Notes: generated by a model from the sequence alone, not told the origin. 64,000 nucleotides of DNA from an uncultured delta proteobacterium (GCA_963835605.1 CAWIHO010000062.1:5177-69176); one strand, 5' to 3'; positions 1 through 11,328 are shown, numbered from the stretch's first letter. Program-made: numbers and translations.

Positions 1-1459
1 GGTCGAGAAGGTTGGCCGTCGCTATGAACATGACTTTGGAAAGATCAAACGGCACCTCAAGGTAATGGTCACTGAATGAAAAGTTTTGCTCAGGGTCCAA
101 CACCTCCAGGAGGGCGCTGGACGGATCACCTCTGAAATCCATCCCTATCTTATCCACCTCATCCAGCATGAACACGGGGTTGTTCGAGCCTGCTTTCTTA
201 ATCCCCTGGACCACCCTGCCGGGAAGTGCCCCAACGTAAGTTCTCCGGTGGCCTCTGATTTCTGCCTCATCCCGTATGCCGCCGAGGGAGATCCTCATGA
301 ATTTTCGGCCGAGTGCTCTGGCTATCGATTTTCCAAGGGACGTCTTTCCGACGCCGGGGGGACCCACAAAACAAAGGATCGGCCCTTTCATGTCTGACTT
401 GAGCTTTCTGACCGCCAGATATTCGAGGATCCGTTTCTTCACCTTTTCCAGGTCGTAGTGGTCCTCATTGAGGATTTTCCTCGCATCCTTTATCACAAGG
501 TTATCTTCAGTGGCACGAGTCCAGGGAAGGTCCACCAACCAGTCAATATAGGTCCTGGACACTGTGTACTCAGCGGACATCTGGCTCATTTTGGAGAGCC
601 GGTCGAGCTCCTTTTCCGTCACCTTTTGAATGTCCGGGGGCATCTTGGCTTCAACCATCTTCTTGCGCAACTCGTCTATCTCCGTATAGCGTTCGTCCAC
701 CTCACCAAGCTCTTTCTGTATTGCCTTGAGCTGTTCCCGGAGATAATACTCACGCTGCGTCTTGTCTATGCCTTCCTTGATGTGAGATTGTATCTTGGTG
801 CTCAGCTCTAAAGTTTCGAGTTCCCTGTTCAGAAGGATGGTGACCTTCTTGAGCCGTTCCTTGATATCTATCTTCTCGAGAATCTCCTGTCTCTCAGCAG
901 CGCTGATATTTACGGTAGACGCAACCAGATCTGCCAGGTTGCCCGGGCTCTCGATCTTCGCCGCAATCTGCGCCAGCTCAGAGGACAGATAGGGCGCAAT
1001 CTCCACCGCCTTCTTGTAAAGGTTTTTGAGATTTATGTACATCGCATCGATTTCGATGTCTTTCTGGTATTCCTCAAAGACGGGAAGAATACGTGCCTTG
1101 AAATTCGGCTCAGTTTCCGAAAACTCGATCAGTTTGAACCGGCACAAGCCCTGAACCACGATCCGCTGACTACCGTCAACCATTTTTACCATCTTCATGA
1201 TGGTAGCCACACATCCCACGGTGTATAGGTCCTCCAGGCCCGGCTCCTCAATGTCGGGATTTTTCTGCGTGATGATCCCGATAAGTCTGTCCCTCGACAT
1301 AGCCTCATCGACCAGTCTTATTGATTTTTCCCGCCCGACAACCAGAGGGATGATCAGGTCGGGATAAGCAACCGTACCCCGAAGGGGTAATATAGGAAGC
1401 TCAGCCGGAATAAAAAGCTTTTCCTTCGAGCTTTTATCATTCTTATAGCCAATTACCAT
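1..1459 (-). CDS. lon: Lon protease, N-terminal ~486 codons (3' end runs off the window)
   Basis: Not in the ORF track because it is open at the window edge. My minus-strand translation from ATG 1459 (AGGAGG upstream) gives MVIGYKNDKSSKEKLFIPAELPILPLRGTVAYPDLIIPLVVGREKSIRLVDEAM... Further on come Walker A GPPGVGKTSLGKSIARALGRKF and HRRTYVGALPGR. Confidence 0.9.
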   Translation of the reverse strand, partial: MVIGYKNDKSSKEKLFIPAELPILPLRGTVAYPDLIIPLVVGREKSIRLVDEAMSRDRLIGIITQKNPDIEEPGLEDLYTVGCVATIMKMVKMVDGSQRIVVQGLCRFKLIEFSETEPNFKARILPVFEEYQKDIEIDAMYINLKNLYKKAVEIAPYLSSELAQIAAKIESPGNLADLVASTVNISAAERQEILEKIDIKERLKKVTILLNRELETLELSTKIQSHIKEGIDKTQREYYLREQLKAIQKELGEVDERYTEIDELRKKMVEAKMPPDIQKVTEKELDRLSKMSQMSAEYTVSRTYIDWLVDLPWTRATEDNLVIKDARKILNEDHYDLEKVKKRILEYLAVRKLKSDMKGPILCFVGPPGVGKTSLGKSIARALGRKFMRISLGGIRDEAEIRGHRRTYVGALPGRVVQGIKKAGSNNPVFMLDEVDKIGMDFRGDPSSALLEVLDPEQNFSFSDHYLEVPFDLSKVMFIATANLLD

Positions 1460-1468
1460 TTACTCCTC

Positions 1469-3382
1469 CTACTTTTTCACATCCTCAAACTCCACGTCAA
1501 CCACATCGTCGTTACCACGTGACCCACCGCCACCCCCGGGCCTTTGCTCTTGTTGCTGCTGTGCCCCCCCGGGCGGGGCTTCTGTTGTTGTCCTCTTATA
1601 GAGAAGCTCCGCAAGTTTGTGAGAGGCCTTTGTTACCTCGTCAATAGCGGGCTTGATCCTGCTTATCTCTCCGCTCTTAAGAGCCTCCTTGGCGCTTGAA
1701 AGTGCGCTTTCGACCGATGCGATGTCTTCGGCGCTCAGCTTGTCCTTGCTCTCATTCAGCGTTTTCTCCGTTCCGTAGACGAGATTATCGAGCTGGTTGC
1801 GGCCCTCAACTTCTTCTTTTTTCTTTCTATCCTCTTCTGCATTAACCTCCGCATCTTTCACCATTTTCTGTATGTCTTGCTCGGTGAGTCCCGTGGAGGC
1901 CGTTATGGTGATGTTCTGCTCCTTTGCAGTCGCCATATCTTTTGCAGTCACGTGTAGGATGCCGTTGGCATCGATATCAAACGTGACCTCCACCTGCGGC
2001 ATGCCCCTGGGTGCAGGCGGGAGACCAATAAGATGGAACCGTCCCAATGTTCTGTTGTCTCTCGCAAGCTCTCTCTCCCCCTGGAGCACATGGATCTCCA
2101 CGCTCGTCTGACTATCCTCCGCGGTCGTAAAGATCTGGCTCTTCCTCGTGGGTACTGTTGTATTCCTTTCGATAATCTTCGTCATCACGCCGCCCAGGGT
2201 TTCTATCCCAAGGGAGAGCGGCGTCACGTCGAGCAGCAAAACGTCTTTCACCTCACCGGCGAGAACACCAGCCTGAACCGCTGCCCCGAGCGCAACAACC
2301 TCGTCAGGGTTAACACCCTTGTGCGGCTCACGGCCAAAGAACTGCTTGACCAGGTCCTGCACTTTAGGGATTCTGGTCGATCCGCCTACGAGCACAACCT
2401 CATGAATATCGGATGTCTTGAGCTTGGCATCATCCAGCGCCTTCTTGCACGGCTCCATCGATCTTGCGAAGAGGTCGTCAGAGAGCTGTTCCAGCTTTGC
2501 CCGCGTGAGCTTCATATTCAAATGTCTCGGCCCGGATTGGTCAGCCGTGATGAACGGCAGATTTATTTCTGTCTCCATCGTAGTCGAGAGCTCAATCTTT
2601 GCCCTTTCTGCTGTCTCCTTTAGCCGCTGCAGGGCCATTCTGTCCTTCGAAAGGTCAATCCCCTGGTCCTTCTTGAACTCTGCTACGATCCAGTCCATAA
2701 CTCTCTCGTCTATGTCATCTCCACCCAGGTGCGTGTCACCGTTGGTAGATTTCACTTCGACGACGTTGTCACCCACCTCCAGAATCGAGATGTCAAACGT
2801 GCCTCCGCCAAAATCGTATACAGCTATCGTCTCATTCTTCTGCTTGTCCAGGCCATAGGCAAGGGCTGAAGCAGTGGGCTCGTTGATGATGCGCAGCACA
2901 TTCAACCCCGCGATCCTCCCTGCGTCTTTCGTCGCCTGCCTCTGAGAATCGTTAAAGTAGGCGGGGACCGTAATCACCGCATCTTCTACGGTTTGACCGA
3001 GGTATGCTTCGGCTGATTTCTTCAGCTTTTGCAATATAAAAGCCGAGATCTCCTGGGGTGTATACTGCTTCCCCCTCACGTCTACCCTGGCGTTGCCATT
3101 GGAATCAGCAACCAGTTTATAGGGTACCCTCTCATTCTGCACCTCCGTATAGCGCCTTCCCATGAACCTCTTTATGGAAAAGATTGTATTTTCAGGATTG
3201 GTGATCGCCTGTCGTTTCGCTACCTGACCGACGAGCACTTCACCCTCTTTTGTAAAAGCAACTACGCTCGGAGTGAGCCTGTTTCCTTCCTCATTGATGA
3301 TGACCTTCGGCTCACCACCCTCCATGATAGCCACGACAGAAAATGTCGTCCCAAGATCTATTCCGATCACCTTTTTAGCCAT
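1469..3382 (-). CDS. dnaK: Molecular chaperone DnaK (Hsp70)
   Basis: 637-aa ORF. Contains [22 protein letters not shown] and [10 protein letters not shown], and ends in an acidic EFEDVKK tail. Confidence 0.97.
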   Translation of the reverse strand: MAKKVIGIDLGTTFSVVAIMEGGEPKVIINEEGNRLTPSVVAFTKEGEVLVGQVAKRQAITNPENTIFSIKRFMGRRYTEVQNERVPYKLVADSNGNARVDVRGKQYTPQEISAFILQKLKKSAEAYLGQTVEDAVITVPAYFNDSQRQATKDAGRIAGLNVLRIINEPTASALAYGLDKQKNETIAVYDFGGGTFDISILEVGDNVVEVKSTNGDTHLGGDDIDERVMDWIVAEFKKDQGIDLSKDRMALQRLKETAERAKIELSTTMETEINLPFITADQSGPRHLNMKLTRAKLEQLSDDLFARSMEPCKKALDDAKLKTSDIHEVVLVGGSTRIPKVQDLVKQFFGREPHKGVNPDEVVALGAAVQAGVLAGEVKDVLLLDVTPLSLGIETLGGVMTKIIERNTTVPTRKSQIFTTAEDSQTSVEIHVLQGERELARDNRTLGRFHLIGLPPAPRGMPQVEVTFDIDANGILHVTAKDMATAKEQNITITASTGLTEQDIQKMVKDAEVNAEEDRKKKEEVEGRNQLDNLVYGTEKTLNESKDKLSAEDIASVESALSSAKEALKSGEISRIKPAIDEVTKASHKLAELLYKRTTTEAPPGGAQQQQEQRPGGGGGSRGNDDVVDVEFEDVKK

Positions 3383-3417
3383 CGCACAACCCTCCCAATC
3401 GATTTATGTACAAACTC

Positions 3418-3446
3418 AATATAATCTCCGCCAGGCCGCTTGTCAA
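3418..3446 (-). promoter_or_regulatory. Candidate sigma70-type promoter for dnaK-lon
   Basis: On the minus strand: TTGACA (3446-3441), a 17-nt spacer, then TATATT (3423-3418), about 35 nt upstream of the dnaK ATG. Confidence 0.45.
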
Positions 3447-3484
3447 CATGCCCTGTACGCTATGATGCCATGCAAGTATCCGTA

Positions 3485-3937
3485 TTAACTACTTTTTCTT
3501 AATAGAATGGCATACTCAAAACCATCGAGAAGCGCCATGAAGGATGCCATGTTGATATTCTCGGAAACTGCCGTGACACTCCAGATCTCCGCGCCGTCGG
3601 TGAAAATGATGGAGACTTCGACCCTGGCTGCGGTTCCTGACCTGCTGTCGCTTATACGTGAGGCAAAATCGACCAGCTTCACAGCATTGATAAACGGGAA
3701 TATCGAGCCAAGAGATTTTTTCAGGACATTCGCCAGTGCGTCGACGGGCCCCACCCCTGTCGAGGCTTCATGCATCTCGGCACGGTCGGCCTTTACGATG
3801 ACCGTTGCTTCAGGCCTCAGACCGTCGTCGATCAGCCTGTATGTGCCCTTGATGCTGAAGGGTCTCTCGTAGCTGTCGAGTGCACGCAGGATGTTCAGCT
3901 CCTTTGTCGCATCCCTCATGTTGAGCAGTCGTTTCAT
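3485..3937 (-). CDS. Stand-alone LeuA/CimA allosteric (LeuA_dimer-like) domain protein
   Basis: 150 aa. Aligns by eye to the C-terminal regulatory domain of the upstream CimA: [16 protein letters not shown] vs [16 protein letters not shown], and [22 protein letters not shown] vs [22 protein letters not shown]. Its ATG overlaps the cimA stop by 4 nt. Confidence 0.7.
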   Translation of the reverse strand: MKRLLNMRDATKELNILRALDSYERPFSIKGTYRLIDDGLRPEATVIVKADRAEMHEASTGVGPVDALANVLKKSLGSIFPFINAVKLVDFASRISDSRSGTAARVEVSIIFTDGAEIWSVTAVSENINMASFMALLDGFEYAILLRKSS

Positions 3938-5505
3938 TGCCCCTTCTCCTCTTCCAGAAGCAGCTTATAATCGATGCTGTCCACAAGTGCCTGCCAACTC
4001 GCCTCAAGGATATTCTCCGACACCCCCAGCGTCTCCCACGTTCTTTTGCCGTCAGTCGATTCTATCAAGACGCGTGTGATCGATGCGGTCCCATCCTTGC
4101 TCGAAAGCACCCTGACTTTGTAGTCGACGAGTGAGACGGTACCAAGCGCGGGGTAGAACTTGAGCAGGGCTTTCCTGAGGGCATTATCCAGCGCATGGAC
4201 CGGCCCTGTTCCCAGGCCAGCCGTGTGCTCCACCTTCTCTCCCACTTTGACAAGGATGGTCGCCTCCGAAACGGGTGTGTCCTTCTCCTTTTTTTCCACG
4301 ATTACTCTAAAGCCGACAAGATCAAAGTATTTCTTGTGCACCCCCAGCGCCCTCTTCATCAGGAGTTCGAGCGAACCCTCGGCGCCTTCGAATTGGTATC
4401 CCTCATGCTCAAGTTCCTTGACCTTCCTCAGCACCTCTTTGACGACCTTCTTCTCCTTCTCGATGTCGATACCGAGCTCTTTGGCCTTATAGAGAATCGT
4501 ACTTTCGCCCGACAAGTCTGACACGAGCACGCGCTGTCTGTTTCCCACACGATGAGGCTCGATGTGCTCGTAAGTCTCGGGGTTTTTCCTCACCGCGCTC
4601 ACATGGATTCCTCCTTTGTGGGCAAAAGCGGCATCCCCCACGTAGGCCTTATGCTTGTCTGGAATGAAATTTGCCATCTCATCTATGAAGAGGCTCAGGT
4701 CTCTCAGCTTCTCCAGATTCAGTCGGCCGGCCCCGTCGTAACCCATCTTCAAGGTAATGTTGGGAATTATAGAGCAGAGATTTGCGTTGCCGCACCGCTC
4801 ACCGTACCCGTTTATCGTCCCCTGGACATGCGTGCAGCCTGCCTTGACCGCCATAATACTGTTGGCCACTGCCGATTCCGTATCGTTATGTGCGTGAATG
4901 CCGAGAGGCAGGCCAAAGGCCTTGCGGGTATCTTCAACCACGCTCGCCACCTCATAGGGCATGTTGCCGCCGTTCGTATCACAGAGCACCAGCACGTCAG
5001 CTCCGGCCTCTTGAGCAGTCCTCAAGACCTTCATCGCGTACTCTCTGTTCCTCTTGCAACCGTCGAAAAAATGTTCCGCATCAAAGAAGACGATACGGTC
5101 GCGTTTCTTCAGATAGGTGATGGTCTGGTCGATCATCTTCAGATTCGCGTCTAAACTTACCTTCAGCGCATCTCTCACGTGCAAATCCCAGCTCTTACCC
5201 ACGAGTGCCACATAGCGGGTGTCGGCCTCCAAGACGGCGACCATGCTTTCGTCCTTTTCGGGCCGTGCACTTGACCGTATGGTGCTGGAGAAAGCTACGA
5301 TCTTTGTATGCTTTAAAGGGAGTTTCTTAACTTCCCCGAAATACTTCAGGTCTCTGGGGTTCGAACCGGGCCAACCCCCTTCAACAAAGTCCATGCCGAA
5401 TTCGTCCAGTTTCTCCGTGATTCTCAACTTATCGAGAAGAGAGAAGGAGATGTCTTCTGACTGGGCTCCATCACGCAGGGTAGTATCGTAGAAATCGATC
5501 TTCAC
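3934..5505 (-). CDS. cimA: Citramalate synthase (2-isopropylmalate synthase family, CimA type)
   Basis: 523 aa. Has the N-terminal [13 protein letters not shown] motif, an HMGL-like TIM-barrel region and its own C-terminal regulatory domain. Confidence 0.85.
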   Translation of the reverse strand: MKIDFYDTTLRDGAQSEDISFSLLDKLRITEKLDEFGMDFVEGGWPGSNPRDLKYFGEVKKLPLKHTKIVAFSSTIRSSARPEKDESMVAVLEADTRYVALVGKSWDLHVRDALKVSLDANLKMIDQTITYLKKRDRIVFFDAEHFFDGCKRNREYAMKVLRTAQEAGADVLVLCDTNGGNMPYEVASVVEDTRKAFGLPLGIHAHNDTESAVANSIMAVKAGCTHVQGTINGYGERCGNANLCSIIPNITLKMGYDGAGRLNLEKLRDLSLFIDEMANFIPDKHKAYVGDAAFAHKGGIHVSAVRKNPETYEHIEPHRVGNRQRVLVSDLSGESTILYKAKELGIDIEKEKKVVKEVLRKVKELEHEGYQFEGAEGSLELLMKRALGVHKKYFDLVGFRVIVEKKEKDTPVSEATILVKVGEKVEHTAGLGTGPVHALDNALRKALLKFYPALGTVSLVDYKVRVLSSKDGTASITRVLIESTDGKRTWETLGVSENILEASWQALVDSIDYKLLLEEEKGQ

Positions 5506-6737
5506 TGCTCCTCCTGCACATCCTCTTCAGCATCGAGCCCGAAACCCGTGTGAAGCGCGCGCACAGCCAGCTCGCCATACTTTTGATCGATAGCGCACGA
5601 AATCTTGATTTCTGAGGTGCCAATCATCTCGATGTTGATCCCCTCATTAGAGAGCAATGCAAACATTTTCGCCGCTATCCCGGCGTGAGACCGCATCCCC
5701 AGGCCGACGATCGAGACCTTGGCTATGCGCTCATCCACCTCAACGGTCGCGGCCCCAACCTCGGCAGCGAGCCCCTCCATGATCTTCTGCGCTTTCTTTG
5801 CGTCGGCTTTGCCGAGCGTGAACGTGATGTCCGTCTTCCTGTCGTGGCTCACGTTCTGCACGATCATGTCTATCACGATGTTCGCATCGGCCAGCGTAGT
5901 AAATATTCTCGAGGCAACGCCCGGCCGGTCCGGCACTCCATTAACAGTCACTTTCGCCTCATTCTTGTTATAGGTCACGCCGGAGACAACAACCTGTTCC
6001 ATGTCTGGTACCTCCTCACATACGAGAGTGCCTTTGCCTTCCACGAGTGATGATTTGACAAGAAGGGGGACTTTGTACTTTTTGGCCATCTCGACTGATC
6101 TGATCTGCAAGACCTTGGCTCCAAGGCTGGCCATCTCCAGCATCTCGTCGTAAGATATCCTGTCGAGCCGCCGTGCCTTGGCGGTGATGTTGGGATCGGC
6201 CGTGTAGACACCGTCCACATCCGTATAGATCTCGCACACGTCGGCCTTAAGTGCTGCTGCCACAGCCACCGCGGTGGTATCGGAACCCCCCCGGCCCAGC
6301 GTGGTGATGTTCCCCGCCTCATCCACGCCCTGGAAACCCGGGACCACAACGACCCTACCGCTCGCGAGTTCCGTGCGGATCTTCGTCTCGTCTATGTCGG
6401 AGATCCGCGCCTTACCAAAGGCAGAGTCGGTAACAATGGGCACCTGGTGCCCCAGCACTGAGACAGCGTTCTGTCCCATCTCTTTCAACACAATTGCAAG
6501 AAGGGCCGACGTCACTTGCTCTCCCGTCGAGATCAGCACATCGACCTCGCGCTCGTCCGGGAACTTGCCGATACCATGCGCCAGTCCCAACAGCCTGTCG
6601 GTTTCACCGGACATCGCAGAGACGACAATCACGAGACCGTCGCCCCGCTTCTTATATTCAATCACCCGTCTTGCGACGTTCGCGATTCTCTCGATCGTTG
6701 CAACGGATGTTCCGCCATACTTTTGCACGACCAACAT
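5502..6737 (-). CDS. lysC: Aspartate kinase with C-terminal ACT domains
   Basis: Contains [28 protein letters not shown] and tandem ACT-like regions. The ORF is open up to 6782, but the conserved N-terminus starts at the Met at 6737. Confidence 0.92.
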   Translation of the reverse strand: MLVVQKYGGTSVATIERIANVARRVIEYKKRGDGLVIVVSAMSGETDRLLGLAHGIGKFPDEREVDVLISTGEQVTSALLAIVLKEMGQNAVSVLGHQVPIVTDSAFGKARISDIDETKIRTELASGRVVVVPGFQGVDEAGNITTLGRGGSDTTAVAVAAALKADVCEIYTDVDGVYTADPNITAKARRLDRISYDEMLEMASLGAKVLQIRSVEMAKKYKVPLLVKSSLVEGKGTLVCEEVPDMEQVVVSGVTYNKNEAKVTVNGVPDRPGVASRIFTTLADANIVIDMIVQNVSHDRKTDITFTLGKADAKKAQKIMEGLAAEVGAATVEVDERIAKVSIVGLGMRSHAGIAAKMFALLSNEGINIEMIGTSEIKISCAIDQKYGELAVRALHTGFGLDAEEDVQEEQ

Positions 6738-7176
6738 CTTCGACCTCCAAGACAATCCTTCTCTCCTCTTCACCGACAACACCGATGCTTACCTTTATGC
6801 TATTGTCCCACCATGAGGACTTCTCAGCCCATTCTACAGCCACAACCCCGTCGAGGTATTCCTCTATACCCAGATCCTCCACATCGCCGTCCTGGAGGCG
6901 GTAAAGGTCGACGTGGCAGAGGCCGCGCCGGCCCGTGTACGCGTTCAGTAGCGTAAACGAGGGTGAAACCACATACTCCCAATCAGGCACGTCCAGACCT
7001 TTGGCCAATCCCTTGACGAACTGGGTTTTGCCGGCTCCCAGCTCCCCACATATAAGAAACAGGTCACCATCTCTTGACGATCTCCCGATGCGTTCTCCAA
7101 TACCCACGGTATCAGAGGGACTTCTTGATATAAATTCTATCCGTTCCACTCTTGATTTCCTGCAGTGCTTCCCCAA
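6658..7176 (-). CDS. tsaE: tRNA t6A biosynthesis ATPase TsaE
   Basis: Contains [31 protein letters not shown] and HVDLYRL. The ~30-aa tail overlapping lysC looks non-native. Confidence 0.8.
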   Translation of the reverse strand: MGKHCRKSRVERIEFISRSPSDTVGIGERIGRSSRDGDLFLICGELGAGKTQFVKGLAKGLDVPDWEYVVSPSFTLLNAYTGRRGLCHVDLYRLQDGDVEDLGIEEYLDGVVAVEWAEKSSWWDNSIKVSIGVVGEEERRIVLEVEDVGRAKVWRNIRCNDRENRERRKTGD

Positions 7177-8683
7177 GCCCGTTCAGCAGGTCTCCTGCGA
7201 TGAGGTCCATGTCCGTCTTCTTCGCGACCCAGCTGTCGGCGATATAGCCGTGAAGATAGACGCCAAGAAGAGAAGCCTCAAGGAGCGTGTAACCCTGCGA
7301 AACAAGGCCGCCTATGAAGCCCGTGAGTATATCGCCGCTTCCGCCCTTGGCGAGCGATGCGTTTCCCGTCGGGTTAATAAACATGGAACCCTCAGCGCCG
7401 AACGTCACCGTTCGGGCGCCCTTCAGCACCAGGCTGATTTCGTGGGTTTCAACAAACCTGCGGCCGATATCGCACCGGTCTGCGTTAATCTCTGCAGGGC
7501 TCATCCCGAGCAAACGGCCCAATTCACCAGGGTGAGGCGTGAAAACGGCCTTTCCTTTTCTCTTCCTGATAAGCTCTTCATGTCCCTGAAAACTGGTGAT
7601 GCCATCCGCATCGACAACAAAAGGCTTATCCAGTTCGACGTAGAGTTTACGCACAAGTGCCATGGTCTCTTCCACGGTCGAAAGGCCCGGACCGATCACG
7701 ATCACGTCTTTGTCAGCGGCAAACGCCGCGATCTCATCGAAAGCGCCCAGAGTCAGGTAACCTTTTCCTTGATCCTCCACGGGATAGGTCATCACCTCGG
7801 TCAACTTGACCTCCATGATATCGTTGAGGCTCCGTGGAATGACGAGAGTCACAAGACCCGCGCCAATCTTAAGAGCAGCATTGGAGGTCATGGCCGCTGC
7901 ACCTGTTTTGCCCGTGGAGCCCGAAATGATGAGCGCGTGACCGAAGCTCCCTTTGTGCGCCCACGGGCTGCGTGTTTTCAGAAAGCTTCTCACCGTGTCT
8001 CCTTCGACAACCTCTCCATCCATGCCAATCTCTTTTTCAGCAAAGGCGGGAAGCGAAATGTCGATAACGGTGAGTCCGCCCACATAGGCTGCTCCCGGAT
8101 AAAGGATCTGGCCTATCTTGGCATATCCGTACGTGTAGGTACTGGCCGCCTTCACCGCTATCCCGAGCGGCACGCCACGCAATGCGTCGAGACCAGAGGG
8201 GACATCTACCGCGACAATCGGCTTGCCTGACTCATTCATCTCTTCAATAACCGCCTTCTGGAGCCCCTGAACCTCCTTTGAAAGACCGGTTCCGAACAGG
8301 GCATCGACGACAAGGTCAGCCTCTTTCAACCCCTGCCTCACATCGCCAGGCTTTTTCACTGCAACCATTTGCCCACCCAGGGTACGGTAGAGTTCCATGT
8401 TCAGGGCTGCATCCCCCTTCAGTTCACCCGGGTCGCATACCAGAAAGAGAGTCGTTTCGAAACCATCCCTCACAGCATATCTCGCTATCACAAACCCGTC
8501 TCCACCGTTATTTCCCCTGCCGCAGCAGACCGCCAGCCTTTTCTTTCCGTTGAGATACTCTTTCTTGATCAGGCGGTACGTGCTCCTTCCCGCATTTTCC
8601 ATGAGTACGGCTGAAGGTATACCCCAGGTATTGATGGCGTATTCATCGTACCTCTTCATTCTCTCGGGTGAAAGAATTTTCAT
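7112..8683 (-). CDS. nnr: Bifunctional NAD(P)H-hydrate repair enzyme Nnr (epimerase plus ADP-dependent dehydratase)
   Basis: YjeF-N (CGRGNNGGDGFV) and YjeF-C (GPGL..., GGSGDILTG) domains. I trimmed the start to MKILSPERM because the longer ORF (to 8734) runs into a repeat element. Confidence 0.88.
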   Translation of the reverse strand: MKILSPERMKRYDEYAINTWGIPSAVLMENAGRSTYRLIKKEYLNGKKRLAVCCGRGNNGGDGFVIARYAVRDGFETTLFLVCDPGELKGDAALNMELYRTLGGQMVAVKKPGDVRQGLKEADLVVDALFGTGLSKEVQGLQKAVIEEMNESGKPIVAVDVPSGLDALRGVPLGIAVKAASTYTYGYAKIGQILYPGAAYVGGLTVIDISLPAFAEKEIGMDGEVVEGDTVRSFLKTRSPWAHKGSFGHALIISGSTGKTGAAAMTSNAALKIGAGLVTLVIPRSLNDIMEVKLTEVMTYPVEDQGKGYLTLGAFDEIAAFAADKDVIVIGPGLSTVEETMALVRKLYVELDKPFVVDADGITSFQGHEELIRKRKGKAVFTPHPGELGRLLGMSPAEINADRCDIGRRFVETHEISLVLKGARTVTFGAEGSMFINPTGNASLAKGGSGDILTGFIGGLVSQGYTLLEASLLGVYLHGYIADSWVAKKTDMDLIAGDLLNGLGEALQEIKSGTDRIYIKKSL

Positions 8684-8702
8684 GACAACCTCTACTAGGA
8701 GT

Positions 8703-8835
8703 AAATCCAAATTCCAATATCCAAATCCAAACAATCTTTAAATTTCCAATTTCCGAAACTCAAGACTCCGCTCTGTTTGTTTCAGTCATTTGATATTAGA
8801 TATTGTTTGGAATTTGGTGCTTGGGATTTAGAATT
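8703..8835. repeat. AT-rich palindromic intergenic element, family 2, copy 1
   Basis: Left arm AAATCCAAATTCCAATATCCAAATCCAAACAAT; right arm ATTGTTTGGAATTTGGTGCTTGGGATTTAGAATTT. The reverse complement of 51483-51640 aligns along its whole length. Confidence 0.75.
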
Positions 8836-9166
8836 TGACCTCCTTTTCTATGGTCACCGCTGCTACCGCATATGCCTTCTCGTGAGATATAGTCACGCCA
8901 CTGTACCGTGTCCCGCGAAAGGAAATAAAAGGCTGCCCACTGGTAGCAGCAAGCACCTCAATCTCCCGCCACGGTAGCCTTCTGCCAAACGCCTTCATGA
9001 ACGCCTCTTTTGCGGCGAACCTGCCGGCAAGAGTCTCAGACGACCTTCTCTTGCCCTGCGCATAGGCAATCTCCCAGTCGGTGAAAACCCGCCTGAGAAA
9101 ATGCTCCCCGTGCCGTCGCTCCAGCGCCTCTATTCTCGATACGTCGACAATGTCTATGCCGATCAT
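8828..9166 (-). CDS. acpS: Holo-ACP synthase
   Basis: 112 aa. Contains MIGIDIVDVSRIE and FAAKEAFMKA. Confidence 0.9.
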   Translation of the reverse strand: MIGIDIVDVSRIEALERRHGEHFLRRVFTDWEIAYAQGKRRSSETLAGRFAAKEAFMKAFGRRLPWREIEVLAATSGQPFISFRGTRYSGVTISHEKAYAVAAVTIEKEVKF

Positions 9167-9196
9167 CGTCTCTCGCTAAACACTAAACACCAGACA

Positions 9197-9928
9197 CTAA
9201 ACGCTGTTTCTCGCACCCTTTATCAAGTCAATCATATCCCTTACAGCCCTATCGAGTCCAACAAACACAGCCCGCGCTATGATGCTGTGGCCGATCGCAA
9301 GCTCCTCAATCTCCGGTATGGCCGCAATATCCACCACGTTGTGATAGTGGAGACCGTGCCCTGCATTCACCTTGAGCCCCAGGTTGCTCGCCATTTTTGC
9401 GGCAAGAATCACCTTTTTCAGCTCCTCGATTCGGGCAGTCTCGGTTGATGCATCGCTATACCTGCCCGTATGGAGCTCGATCATCTCTGCACCTGTCTCT
9501 TTTGAAGCTACGATCTGTGAGTCTACGGGGTCGATAAACAGGCTTACTTTAATCCCGCTTTCCCTCAGTCGCTCCACAGCCTCAGCCATCCGACCTTTGA
9601 GAAGGACTACGTCAAGGCCTCCTTCAGTCGTCAATTCCTGCCTCTTCTCCGGAACAAGCGTTGCCATCTCCGGCCTTATCTCCTGCGCTATGGCCACCAT
9701 TTCGTCTGTGGCCGCCATCTCCAGGTTCAATTTCGTTCGCACCACCTCACGCAGAAGTTTCACGTCTCTGTCTTTTATGTGACGCCTGTCTTCCCGCAGA
9801 TGCACAATAATCCCCGATGCACCGGCCATCTCCGCGATGCCAGCGGCATAAACGGGCTCCGGATAATAAATCCCCCTCGCCTCCCGCAAGGTCGCGACGT
9901 GATCGATATTCACCATGAGCTTAGGCAT
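9197..9928 (-). CDS. pdxJ: Pyridoxine 5'-phosphate synthase
   Basis: 243 aa. Contains [14 protein letters not shown] and [10 protein letters not shown]. Confidence 0.93.
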   Translation of the reverse strand: MPKLMVNIDHVATLREARGIYYPEPVYAAGIAEMAGASGIIVHLREDRRHIKDRDVKLLREVVRTKLNLEMAATDEMVAIAQEIRPEMATLVPEKRQELTTEGGLDVVLLKGRMAEAVERLRESGIKVSLFIDPVDSQIVASKETGAEMIELHTGRYSDASTETARIEELKKVILAAKMASNLGLKVNAGHGLHYHNVVDIAAIPEIEELAIGHSIIARAVFVGLDRAVRDMIDLIKGARNSV

Positions 9929-11291
9929 GTCCGGCCTCCGACAGGTATTTTCGAGCTACCTCCCCGATCTCGTTCGCGTAACTCCTCACCGCATCATGGT
10001 TCTTGCCTTCCACCATAATCCTGAGAAGCATCTCTGTCCCTGAATACCTGACGACCACCCTGCCCTTATGTTTCAAGGCTTTCTCGATACCCTCGACTGT
10101 TTTCTGCAGCTTAGGGAGCTTGTCCAGGGGCTTCTTCTCCTTGACTCTTATATTCAGCTCCACCTGCGGGAACTCCTCGAATCCCTTCTTCAGATCGTGC
10201 AGGCTCGCACCCTTCTCTATCATGACGTTCAGCACCTTCAGTGCAGTGACAATTCCGTCCCCAGTCGTGTTGTGGTCGAGAAAGACGACGTGCCCTGATT
10301 TCTCACCACCAAAGTTGAAGCCTTCCTGGAGCATCCTTTCGAGTACGTATCGATCACCCACATCTGTTCTTACAACCCGAATCCCCTCCCGTTTCAGACT
10401 GACGTCAAGCCCCATGTTACTGGCGATCGTTGCCACCACGGTGTTCCTCTTCAGACAGGACTTCTCTCTGAGATACCTCCCGCAGATCACCATCAACGTG
10501 TCACCGTCAACGATCTCGCCCTTCTCATCGATGAAGAGCACCCTATCGCCGTCCCCATCGAAAGCGACACCGATATGGGCATTCTTGTCCAGCACGAGCT
10601 CCTGCAGCACGTTCGGGTGCAGCGTCCCGCAGTCTTTGTTGATGTTCTCTCCGTCAGGCTCGACACCGTACGGGACCACATGCGCACCGAGCTCCTCAAA
10701 GACCGCGGGCGCTACCTTGTAGGTTGCACCGTGGGCGCAGTCTACGATAATCTTGAGCCCCGTGAGGGAGAGTTCCTGGGGAAAGCTATTTTTCAGAAAG
10801 ACTATATATCTTCCTACCGCGTCATCGATCCTATGCGCCTTGCCTATTTCGGAAGCCACCGGGCGAAGCTCGTCAATGGAGCCATCCATAATCATGCTTT
10901 CGATCTCCGACTCCAACTCGTCCGGCAGCTTGAAGCCTTCACCCGAGAAAATTTTTATTCCGTTGTCCTGATAAGGGTTATGGGAGGCAGAAATCACCAC
11001 ACCAGCATCCGCCCGCATGCTCCTCGTGATGAACGCGATCCCCGGAGTAGGAAGCGGACCCACGAGCCAGACATCGAGCCCGATGGAACAGACGCCCGAA
11101 GCAATAGCTGTCTCCAGCATATAACCCGAGAGCCTCGTATCCTTTCCCACTACAATCCTTCCCCTGCCATGCCTTTCCTTGAAGACATGGGAGACAGCCC
11201 TCCCGATCTTGAGCGCCACCTCCGAGGTCATGGGGTATACGTTTGCAACGCCCCGCACCCCGTCTGTCCCGAACAGCCTCTTCATGCCCAA
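9921..11291 (-). CDS. glmM: Phosphoglucosamine mutase
   Basis: 456 aa. Contains FGTDGVRG and the active-site motif [13 protein letters not shown]. Confidence 0.95.
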   Translation of the reverse strand: MGMKRLFGTDGVRGVANVYPMTSEVALKIGRAVSHVFKERHGRGRIVVGKDTRLSGYMLETAIASGVCSIGLDVWLVGPLPTPGIAFITRSMRADAGVVISASHNPYQDNGIKIFSGEGFKLPDELESEIESMIMDGSIDELRPVASEIGKAHRIDDAVGRYIVFLKNSFPQELSLTGLKIIVDCAHGATYKVAPAVFEELGAHVVPYGVEPDGENINKDCGTLHPNVLQELVLDKNAHIGVAFDGDGDRVLFIDEKGEIVDGDTLMVICGRYLREKSCLKRNTVVATIASNMGLDVSLKREGIRVVRTDVGDRYVLERMLQEGFNFGGEKSGHVVFLDHNTTGDGIVTALKVLNVMIEKGASLHDLKKGFEEFPQVELNIRVKEKKPLDKLPKLQKTVEGIEKALKHKGRVVVRYSGTEMLLRIMVEGKNHDAVRSYANEIGEVARKYLSEAGHA

Positions 11292-11328
11292 CTACCTTCT
11301 TTCTTTTGTCCCCTGCCGGGTGAGCTAG

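Noticed and set aside
86-992. Four plus-strand ORFs (86-397, 276-458, 458-811, 795-992).
   Set aside because: They lie antisense to a continuous, clearly Lon-like reading frame on the minus strand and have no recognisable motifs. They are shadow ORFs.
1797-3424. A series of plus-strand ORFs of 100-196 aa opposite dnaK. The same pattern appears opposite most long genes in the window.
   Set aside because: They are Ser/Arg/Pro-rich shadow frames of highly conserved genes, with no start-site context.
3383-3484. I looked for a CIRCE/HrcA operator (TTAGCACTC-N9-GAGTGCTAA) upstream of dnaK.
   Set aside because: No match is visible. Only a sigma70-like -35/-10 pair is present.
8684-8734. N-terminal extensions offered by the ORF track for nnr (to 8734), flavodoxin (to 51491), the THUMP methyltransferase (to 52938), sppA (to 54810) and dodecin (to 56202).
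   Set aside because: For nnr, flavodoxin and the THUMP methyltransferase the extension runs into an intergenic repeat. For sppA and dodecin it adds residues absent from the conserved N-terminus. I used the internal starts that fit the family.
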